The notes under the pieces were generated by a model. The model searched no databases and was not told the DNA's origin. It saw nothing but the letters and a program-made list of their open reading frames with translations. A stretch of 21,827 nucleotides of DNA from Octopus sinensis (lineage: Eukaryota). The translations under genes and the position numbers were made by a program. How positions within the stretch are numbered: the stretch's first letter is position 1; every line of letters starts with the position of its first letter. Of the stretch, positions 1-8,950 are shown piece by piece. The DNA lies in the NCBI RefSeq assembly GCF_006345805.1, contig NW_021823870.1:1-21827 (forward strand). Direction: 5' to 3'.

Positions 1-229
1 ACGCTCGGATGGTGTTTTTTTTGCCACCGACACAGGTGCCAGACGAGGCTGGCAGACGGCCACGCTCGGATGGTGTTTTTATGTGCCACCGACACAGGTG
101 CCAGACGAGGCTGGCAGACGGCCACGCTCGGATGGTGTTTTTATGTGCCACCGACACAGGTGCCAGACGGCCACGCTCGGACGGTGTTTGTTACGTGCCC
201 ACAGCACGGAGGCCAGTCGATGCGGTACT
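1..229. repeat. GC-rich minisatellite (49-62 bp units), truncated by the window edge
   Basis: ACGCTCGGATGGTGTTTTT recurs at 1, 62, 124 and 173. Related to the array at 17836-18550. Confidence 0.9.
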
Positions 230-622
230 AAGATGTGTGTGTTTGTCTGTTTATAGCATTCTGTATGTCTTACTTGATGTGGATATGCATACAGAAAGCC
301 ACAAAATTGCAGCATTTATCTCAAGAAAGCATCTTATATAGAGATATAGTGCTAAAACACACACAAGTGGGTCAGTAGCAGATGAAAGGTATCTGGCAGT
401 GACTGTGGAATTGCATGATGTACTTCTTAATATGATACATCTGTGTGAAATGCTTTCTTTAAGTTCATTGTATTGGTTCAGTTGTTTAAGCATGACATTC
501 CATCTTTGACCATCCTGTTTTTGTTCAAGATCAAATTCTGTATAATTATATTATTTTAATACTACCCTCATTTTATAGATTTGAAGGGGCTATTTGGCAG
601 CTTTACTTGAAGGGTGAACTGT

Positions 623-900
623 CATGAAGAGGTTCTCTATGCTGGCTAGTTTTTGTGTTAATGGTGGGGTTACTTAATCTCCGACCCCCGATTCAACCGC
701 TGTTGGACATACCAGTGATCAAAGTCACTCCACCGGTGACAGTCATGCAGAATTTTTTCTGAACCATCATGAAGAAGTTCCCTATGTTGGCTAGTAGTCC
801 TAGTGTTGGTGGCAGGAGTTACTTAACCCCCCCGCCCCATCAACTTCAGTTGAGCATACCAATGATCAAAGTCACTCCACCTGTGGCAATCCTGTATATT
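623..900. repeat. Diverged two-copy tandem duplication, period about 145 bp
   Basis: CATGAAGA(G/A)GTT at 623 and 768. Both copies carry GTTACTTAA and CATACCA(G/A)TGATCAAAGTCACTCCACC. Confidence 0.8.
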
Positions 901-984
901 TTTTCTGACGTGCTTTATCTCGTCTACATTATCTATTACTAATATGTTCATCCTTTCTTAAGGTAATAAATAGGAATTTATTTA

Positions 985-1398
985 GGCGGCGAGCTGGTAC
1001 AAACGTTAGCACACCGGGCGAAATGCTTAGCGGTATTTCGTCTACGTTACGTTGTGAGTTCAAATTCCGCCGAGGTCGACTTTGCCTTTCATCCTTTCGG
1101 GGTCGATAAATTAAGTACCAGTTACACACTGGGGTCGATGTAATCGACTTAATCCATTTGCCTGTCCTTGTTTGTCCCCTCTGTGTTTAGCTTCTTGTGG
1201 GTAGTAAAGAAATAGGTATTTTGTCTGTCGCTACGTTCTGAGTTCAAATTCCGCCGAGGTTGACTTTGCCTTTCATCCTTTCGGGGTCGATAGATTAAGT
1301 ACCAGTTATGCACTGGGGTCGATGTAATCGACTTAATACCTATGTCTGTTTTTGATTGTCCCCTCTATGTTTAGCCCCTTGTGGGTAATAAAGAAATA
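985..1398 (+). mobile_element. F1 tRNA-derived SINE dimer (full unit plus headless unit)
   Basis: Head GGCGGCGAGCTGG with an A-box-like motif, B box GAGTTCAAATTCC and tail AAAGAAATA. The second unit starts at 1215. AAATAGGAATTT is duplicated at 968-979 and 1394-1405. Confidence 0.9.
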
Positions 1399-1515
1399 GG
1401 AATTTCAAGAGAATTGACTGATATATAGCCTCACTTACCACATAGTGCCTTGTCCCCTTTTCTTTATGTCACTTTGCCCCTAAATCACTCCCCTCACCTG
1501 CTTCAGCATATTTAT

Positions 1516-1775
1516 ATAATAATAATGAAATTATTGTATACAGTGCTCAGGTGCACCACAACTTGTCAGAAAGTACGTATAAAGCATATGCAGTGATGTA
1601 CAAATGTCTGGAAAGTGAACAGTGTATGAGTCAGATACGTGCTTGCGTGTGTATGGAGGAGAGAAAATCAGGTGTAGTGTTGGCGAATCTCAGGAAGCAT
1701 GGAAGTTTTGAAGGATGCAGTGCTCAGACAACTAACAACTGATGCCAGCAGTTTGTTCCATGCTTCAGCAACTTT
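1516..1775 (-). mobile_element. CR1-type LINE 3' fragment
   Basis: Minus strand 1772-1668 reads VAEAWNKLLASVVSCLSTASFKTSMLPEIRQHYT*, matching the CR1 ORF2 terminal motif (V..AWN.LP..VV.....SFK). It is followed by a 3' UTR and a short (ATT)n tail. Confidence 0.7.
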
Positions 1776-1826
1776 TATGGTCAGTCACTCCAATTGTGAC
1801 TACCCAGTTTATTTTTTTTCTTCTGC

Positions 1827-2130
1827 AGCCACATGACTCTGTGTTTAGCCCTACTGTGTGGCACCTTGGGTGTCTTCTACTATAGCACTGGGTCAACTAA
1901 AGCCTTGATAGACAGAAACTGAAAGGAACCTGTCGTGTTTGTGTTTATTCCTGCCACTTGACAACTGGTGTTGGTTTATTTTCATCCCTGTGACTTAGTG
2001 GTTTGTCAAAATAAACTGATATAAGTACCAGGCTTTAAAAAAATGTACTGGGATTGATTTGTTTAACTAAACCCTTTAAGGCAGTGCCCCAGCATGGCCA
2101 CAGTCTAATGACTGAAACAAACAAAAGATG
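1827..2130 (+). mobile_element. Old diverged F2-type SINE
   Basis: TGTGGCACCTTGGG..TGTCTTCTACTATAGC through to CCAGCATGGCCACAGTCTAATGACTGAAAC, collinear with the younger F2 copies. Confidence 0.8.
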
Positions 2131-3290
2131 AACTATACTTCATCCAAGTCTACATTGTCTAGTATGCCCTTCCTTTTTTGAAATAACAGGAGTTATGAAA
2201 GAATTGACTGCTATTTTTAACACCCCAAGTTACCACATAGAGGCCCTCTTCCATGTGTGTTTGTGTGACTCATTGGTTGCACATAGACACATGGTGTTGT
2301 TTTCTTGTAGATTCATGACAATTTGTCTCCCACACCATGACAAATGTCATATGTTTAACTTTCTCTTATTATGGCAGCTGTTGCATTCCTTATTTCTTTG
2401 AAGAACTGTGTTGACCGAGTATATCCATTTTTTTCCATGTAAAGAAGAGAAATTAGTGAAGTAAAAAATATTGTATTTTTTTTTCTTTTTAAGTGACTTC
2501 TTATATATATATATATATATTTTTTTTTATTACTCTACATCTATAAACAGACTGTTTCTGCATCTGTGCTTCCTTTAGTGTAGAGTAATAGATAGTTTAT
2601 TTTGTTTTCTTTATAAGTAGTATATGAAAAGGAAAAGTGGAAGAATTTATTATAATTTGTTATTATTAGCTATCAGAACAGCTATTTTCCAAAGGAAAAT
2701 TTAATTTCCTATGTGAATAATATATGTACGTTGCCGTCATAGTTCTGTAGTTAAGAAGAAACTTGCATCGCAAAAGCAATGTCTTGCAGTGCACACTGTA
2801 TATAAATTAAGTACTTGACTCTCCATGCCTTCGCTCTCTCTCTCTACCACATAATATGCTCTCTTCATTGGCTTCTCAATAAACTTGCTCTACTTTTGGC
2901 ACAGTTTACACTGCTGGTTGCCCTTTGTATCATCAATCACTGCTCAGAGTAAATTCAGAGCATTTTATCATGGTTCAAGCATTAGAAAGGTTGATCTGTA
3001 GGAAAAGGACGAAAGAGTCCCCGCTGTTTCATATTTGGAAATACTGCTCTTTTTGATAGGTATCCTGTAATGCACCCTGTGGCGACCACTTCTCTTTGCA
3101 GTTTTGGTATGGTCCCAGGTTTGAGCAAAATGCATGGAAATTTGAGCAAGTGTTTTTTTTTTCTCTATAACTTCTGGTTTACTAATAACTTTCAAGTGGA
3201 ATCTAGTAGAGTAGTGTGTACTATATAGAGGTCTTTTGTGTGTGTGGGTGTTGTATTTGCATTGGGTGGCTAGTGTTATGTTTATGCGTT

Positions 3291-3630
3291 CTTGTCTTGA
3301 GACAGCATTCACCCGGGGTGGGTTGAGCTGGCTTCATTCATCCTCAATGCTGCATCTCTCACAAACGCTGACCAGGCCTGGCAATTTGAGGCTAACGACC
3401 GTGTGATCTCCAACTACTCCTTATTCCAGCGGCGAACACCGTAGATATGGGGATCTAGGTTGGGTTCCAGATCAGCCTTGACTGTCATCAGCCAGGTTTT
3501 CCGTTGTCCACCACATTGCTTTCGCCAACCCTGAAGGGGAGCTAGGGCAATTGCTTCATAGATGAATTCTCCTGGTTGACGACGGAGGGCATGACCCAGC
3601 CAACGCAGACGTCTCATTATGTTTATGTCT
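3291..3630 (-). mobile_element. RTE-type LINE 3' fragment (pseudogenised ORF end)
   Basis: MRRLRWLGHALRR..GGQRKTW..WNKE*LEITRSLASNCQAWSAFVRDAALRMNEASSTHPG*, with a short CAAG-type tail. Near-identical to 7070-7337. Confidence 0.85.
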
Positions 3631-3639
3631 TGAAACCTA

Positions 3640-3955
3640 GCTGTTCCATAGTGGCAGGCTCCTCATCTGGGATGTCACCTTGTCCAGTGGCAACTTGGTG
3701 TGTTCAGCTACCAGCTCAAGCCCCACTACTTGTCATGCTGAAAAAGGCAAACTGTCAAAGTATCCACCTTTCTGTGATGGGCTTATGGTTGAATCTGTGT
3801 CACTGGAGACCTCCAGCATTCTTGGTTCCTGGACCATATTCTCTGTTCACTGCTAGTGGAGCAGAGATGAGTCAGAATGTTTGTTCCAGTGCATCTCCCT
3901 CACCATCCTCTGGGACAATGCCTTTTTCATTTTATCTGCTGGGATCAGGAGGTGA
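3640..3955 (+). mobile_element. Decayed CRE-like non-LTR retrotransposon C-terminus (restriction-like endonuclease region)
   Basis: The frame starting at 3662 reads LIWDVT...AEKGKLSKY...SLETSSILGSW...*...ESECLFQCISLTILWDNAFFILSAG. This matches the RLE pattern LxWDxT..KxxKY..ETxGxW..LFQRxSxxxxRGNA. There is one in-frame stop at 3854. Confidence 0.65.
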
Positions 3956-4089
3956 CGTTTCACATGCACAAAACAGATACTCACAGACCTAGCTGTTCTG
4001 TGTTGAAATGAAGTAAAATACATATCTTTTATGCCACAAAGCCTAATATTTCAAGCATAAACTCTTTGTCAGAAAGAGATGAGATGTTG

Positions 4090-4885
4090 GGGCATGGCTG
4101 TGTGGTTAGGGAGCTTGCTTCCTAACTATGTGGTTTCGGGTTCAGTCCCACTGCATGGCACTTTGGTCAGGTGTCTTCTACTATAGCCCCGAGCCGACTT
4201 TGCCTTTCATCCTTTCGGGGTCGATAAATTAAGTACCAGTTGCGCACTGGGGTCGATGTAATCGACTTATTCCCTTTGTCTGTCCTTGTTTGTCCTCTCT
4301 GTGTTTAGCCCCTTGTGGGTAGTAAAGAAATAGGTATTTCGTCTGCCGTTACGTTCTGAGTTCAAATTCCGCCGAGGTCGACTTCGCCTTCATCCTCCTT
4401 TCGGGGTCGATAAATTAAGTACCAGTTGCGCACTGGGGTCGATGTAATCGACTTATTCCCTTTGTCTGTCCTTGTTTGTCGTCCTCTCTGTGTTTTGCCC
4501 CTTGTGGGCAATAAAGAAATAGGTATTTCGTCTCGCGTTACGTCTGAGTTCAAATTCCGCCGAGGTCGACTTTGCTTTCATCCTTTCGGGTCGATAATTA
4601 AGTACCAGTTGCGCACTGGGGTCGATGTAATCGACTTATTCCCTTTGTCTGTCCTTGTTTGTCCTCTCTGTGTTTAGCCCCTTGTGGGCAATAAAGAAAT
4701 AGGTATTTCGTCTGCCGTTACGTTCTGAGTTCAAATTCCGCCGAGGTCGACTTTGCCTTTCATCCTTTCGGGGTCGATAAATTAAGTACCAGTTGCGCAC
4801 TGGGGTCGATGTAATCGACTTATTCCCTTTGTCTGTCCTTGTTTGTCCTCTCTGTGTTTAGCCCCTTGTGGGTAGTAAAGAAATA
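4090..4885 (+). mobile_element. Chimeric SINE: F2 head fused to an F1 tandem array (about 3.7 units)
   Basis: F2 head at 4090-4190 switches to the F1 body at GAGCCGAC|TTTGCC. F1 units restart at 4333, 4522 and 4702. Confidence 0.9.
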
Positions 4886-5286
4886 TATAAAATGTATTAT
4901 GTGAACAGCATATAGTTTTTATGTTAATATTGATAATGTTTAAATTTTTTGTCTTTTGAAATTATAATACTGGATGGATAGGTGAGTTGGTGTTTTACTC
5001 TCTCTCTATATCCTTTCTACTTTGTATTAACTGATTAGTTTGTAATCTGGTTCCATGATTTACTAACATATGGCCTGTATTCATCAGTGTTTTCTTTTTT
5101 GTTTTTGTGAGGAAGATTTCAGCTTTTCTCTGCTTTCTTCTTTCAGTCTTGCATTCAGCTTTGCTGGAATATTTTTCCCATTTGTAGGTCAAACCATGCT
5201 CCGTCTATAAGTGCGCGTGTATTTATTTATGACGGCTTGTATTTACACTGCTTGTGCGGATATGTGCGAGTGAATGTGTGCGTGGG

Positions 5287-5317
<31 letters not shown>

Positions 5318-5330
5318 ATATATATATATA

Positions 5331-5750
5331 CTCTTTTACTCTTTTACTTGTTTCAGTCATTTGACTGTGGCCATGCTGGAGCACCGCCTTTAATCGAGCA
5401 CTCGACCCCGGGACTTATTCTTTTGTAAGCCCAGTACTTATTCTATCGGTCTCTTTTGCCGAACCGCTAAGTAACGGGGACGTAAACACACCACCATCGG
5501 TTGTCAAGCAATGCTAGAGGGGACAAACACAGACACACAAACATACATACCACACACACATATATATATATATATACATATATACGACGGGCCACTTTCA
5601 GTTTCCGTCTACCAATCCCTCACAAAGGCATTGGTCAGCCCGGGGCTATAGCAGAAGACACTGCCCAGGTGCCACGCAGTGGGACTTGGGACTGAACCCG
5701 GAACCATGTGGTTGGTAAACACTACTTCCACACAGCCACTCCTGCGCCTA
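5331..5750 (-). mobile_element. Full-length F2 SINE within (TA)n
   Basis: Minus strand: head AGGCGCAGGAGTGGCTGTGTGG, B-box-like GGTTCAGTCCC, CORE-like CTGGGCAGTGTCTTC, internal TA/TG tract and (GTAAAAGA)n tail. Confidence 0.9.
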
Positions 5751-5760
5751 TATATATATA

Positions 5761-5798
<38 letters not shown>

Positions 5799-6126
5799 TA
5801 ATATATATGATGTACATTGTATAACACACACGTGTAATATTTCATACCTTGTTCATCTCTGTCGCTTCCTATATCTTATCCTATGCTACTCTCATCTTTC
5901 TCACAAATGAAAACAATTGTTTTTTTTTTTTGCGTTCTTTTGAAAAGGGGGTGCAACACACACACACACACAAGACACACACACACGCACGCAGACACAC
6001 ACACACACCTGCATGCATGCACACACACAAACATAAAAAATATGTGCATACATTCACACACACACGTGTTTGTATACGTATGTGAATATATACATATATC
6101 TATGTAGATGTACATGTATGTATATT

Positions 6127-6157
<31 letters not shown>

Positions 6158-6181
6158 CATTTAATGTTTATATATGCAAAT

Positions 6182-6226
<45 letters not shown>

Positions 6227-6545
6227 TACATGCATGCACACACGCACATGTATTTATATATATATAAACACATGCATGTATGCACACACATGTATGTGTT
6301 TGTATACATATGTGAATTTATACATATATCTATGTACATGTACTTATATTTGTGTGTGTGTTGTGTGTATTATATATATATATAATATATATAATATATA
6401 TATAATTGTTGAAGTAGATAAATGAATTATCTTATTACGGATGATTCAAATGATACCGATACCTGGGTAGCAAAAATCACAACAGAAAAAGCACGGTTGA
6501 GGTTACGACCATGGGGCCTAAACTCCGTGCCTTAGTGCGGAAATT

Positions 6546-6580
<35 letters not shown>

Positions 6581-6630
6581 CATATATTAATGTTCGTATA
6601 TGTAAATGCATACACACACACACACATGCT
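5750..6630. repeat. Compound (TA)n/(CA)n/(TG)n region with duplicated scaffold of about 230 bp
   Basis: GTGTTTGTATAC(G/A)TATGTGAAT(A/T)TATACATATATCTATGTA occurs at 6066 and 6296. Confidence 0.8.
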
Positions 6631-7035
6631 TATATGTTTTCACTTTATCAAGTGATAAAGTATTCAATTGTATTATCTATATGTGTGTATATATGTTTGT
6701 TTGAATCTCGTGATTAACCCTGTCTCTGCTCAGAATACCTTTCCCAATGCAACCATTTGACCAGCAGAAAAAATAACATTGCCTGAAAGTTCGCATAACA
6801 CATGACCTGCTATTGGTCTTCTGCTATATATATATATATTACGGAGATGTACTTGCATAGCGAGTGATTTGATCTGAGATCGTGTGCTGGAACGAAAACA
6901 ATTGCTGCGTGGAAGGTGTTTCTAAGCCATTTAAGAAACACACAAAACTGTTAGATTCACCTCAGCATTTAAATTTTATTTGTCAAAATATTTTCGTCAC
7001 TTCGAGACCGCGACCTGTTCACTGACAAAACATCG

Positions 7036-7337
7036 TGATGCAGTCAAGGCTGATCTGGGACCCAACCTACGAAGCAATTGTCCCAGCTCCCCTTCAGGGT
7101 TGGCGAAAGCAATGTGGTGGACAACGAAAAACCTGGCTGATGACAGTCAAGACTGATCTGGAACCCAACCTAGGCCCCCATATCTACAACGTTTGCCACT
7201 GGAATAAGGAGTGGTTGGAGATCACGCGGTCGTTAGCCTCAAATCGCCAGGCCTGGTCGGCGTTTGTGAGAGATGCAGCATTGAGGATGAATGAAGCCAG
7301 CTCAACCCACCCTAGGTGAATGCTGTCAAGTCAAGTC
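7036..7337 (+). mobile_element. RTE-type LINE 3' fragment, second copy
   Basis: YEAIVPAPLQGWRKQCGGQRKTW...AWSAFVRDAALRMNEASSTHPR*, ending in a (CAAGT)n tail. Same family as 3291-3630. Confidence 0.85.
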
Positions 7338-7372
7338 ATATATTTAATTGATATATGATATCCTAAAACCAA

Positions 7373-7595
7373 GGTGCCATGTAAAAAGCACTGGTGCTGG
7401 CCTCATATAAAAGACACTGGTGATGATGCCACATAAAAAGAACCTGCTACGCTTTGTAAAGTCTTTGGCATGAGGGAGGGCATTTCGGATGTAGAAGAAA
7501 CCAAGCCAAACAAAATCTGGTACTTGGTCTGGCCCCTTCCTGTCAAGCTGTCCAGCCCCTGGCAGCATGGAAAATATACATTAAATGACAATGAC
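7373..7595 (+). mobile_element. 3' part of a SINE with GGTGC..GCAC hairpin repeats, a Meta-like domain and an RTE-like tail
   Basis: Three units of about 26 bp related to GGTGCCATGTAAAAAGCAC, then TTGGCATGAGGGAGGGCATTTCGGATGTAGAA and the tail GGCAGCATGGAAAATATACATTAAATGAC. The domain name is from memory. Confidence 0.6.
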
Positions 7596-7603
7596 ATACA
7601 TAT

Positions 7604-7765
7604 ATGACTGCGTGGTAAGTAGCTTGCTTACCAACCACATGGTTCCAAGTTCATTCCCGCTGCATGGCATCTTGGGCGAGTGTCTTCTGCTATAGCCTTG
7701 GGCCAACCAAAGTCTTGTGAGTGGATTTGGTAGATGGAAACTGAAAGAAGCCCATTGTATATATG

Positions 7766-7802
<37 letters not shown>

Positions 7803-7999
7803 TTGTCCCCTCAACATCGCTTGACAACAGATGCTGGTGTGTTTATGTCCCAATAACTTAGCGGTTCGGCAAAAGAGACCGATAGAATAAGTACTAGGCT
7901 TACGAAGAATAAGTTCCTGGGATCAATTTGCTCGACTAAAGGCGGTGCTCCAGCATGGCCACAGTCAAAATGACTGAAACAAGTAAAAGAGTAAAAGAG
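7604..7999 (+). mobile_element. F2 SINE
   Basis: Collinear with the other F2 copies. Tail GACTGAAACAAGTAAAAGAGTAAAAGAG. Confidence 0.9.
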
Positions 8000-8578
8000 A
8001 AATATGTGTGGTTTATTTCTTATAGGAACAAACTTCACTTGAGGAATTCAATACTCGGGTACTTTTAACTACATACTTTTGTCTCCTGAATGTTGCTAAA
8101 TTTTTATCGAAGCCCCTCCCCCACCCATCTCTTATCAATACAAATAGTAACTTTTCCTTTTTCCCCTCCATCCTTTCGTGGTAGCTCCACTCCCTTCTTT
8201 GTGAAACAGTATCAAGTTTTAGATAGGCTGCCATCGGTTGAGTTTCCAGCTCAACCCCTTGATCACGCATTCCTCTTGCGATCAAAAGCATTCTGCTCAC
8301 AATCGTTTTCTTTTTTTGCTCACCGAAAGTGTTGTGGTATGCAGGAGGCTTGGCTGCTATTTCTGGCAGCTTAGATGGCCATTTTTATTGCACATTCATT
8401 GCGTCACGTAATTAATTGGGTGTGGAAAAGAAAACAGAAAAAGGTTCGTTTTAACCAGCCCCCCCCCCCACCGTTTTTAATTATTTTAGTCATTAGCTAG
8501 TCTGACCATATTGGTCATTGCCACTAAGGGTCTATTCCCACAAATTGACCCCCCCTTGTACTTAGTTTTTTTTTTTTA

Positions 8579-8950
8579 CAGGAGTGGCTGCGTGGTAAGT
8601 AACTTGCTTACCAAGCACATGGTTCCGGGTTCAGTCCCACTGTGGCACCTTGGGCAAGTGTTTTCTACTATAGCCTCGGGCCGACCAAAGCCTTCTGAGT
8701 GGATTTGGTAGACGGAAACTGAAAGAAGCCCGTTGTATATATGTATATATATATATGTATGTGTGTGTGTGTGTGTGTGTTTGTCTGTGTTTGTCCCCCC
8801 AACATCGCTTGACAACCGATGCTGGTGTGTCTACGTCCTTGTAACTTAGCAGTTCGGCAATAGAGACCGATAGAATAAGTACAAGGCTTACAAAGAATAA
8901 GTCCTGGGGTTGATTTGCTCGACTAAAGGCAGTGTTCCAGCACGGCTACC
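8579..8950 (+). mobile_element. F2 SINE, 3' end truncated
   Basis: CAGGAGTGGCTGCGTGGTAAG through to GGCAGTGTTCCAGCACGGC. Confidence 0.9.

Noticed and set aside
9-341. 110-aa ORF, and similar ORFs at 17941-18428
   Set aside because: They are open only because the minisatellite unit lacks stops in that frame.
2190-2401. Exon or ORF after the acceptor at 2189
   Set aside because: Its first 60 nt match the dispersed GATTTGACTGCTATTT repeat.
3576-3992. Longest ORF (138 aa) as a gene
   Set aside because: It overlaps two LINE remnants. The recognisable motifs lie in a different frame.
4960-4987. Perfect donor ATAG|GTGAGT
   Set aside because: No upstream acceptor gives an open frame, since stops occur in all three frames.
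5501-6717. Numerous ORFs rich in HT, CV or YI dipeptides
   Set aside because: They are translations of (CA)n, (TG)n and (TA)n tracts.
6841-7030. Probable additional interspersed repeat
   Set aside because: Single copy in the window with no definable termini, so it cannot be supported from this sequence.
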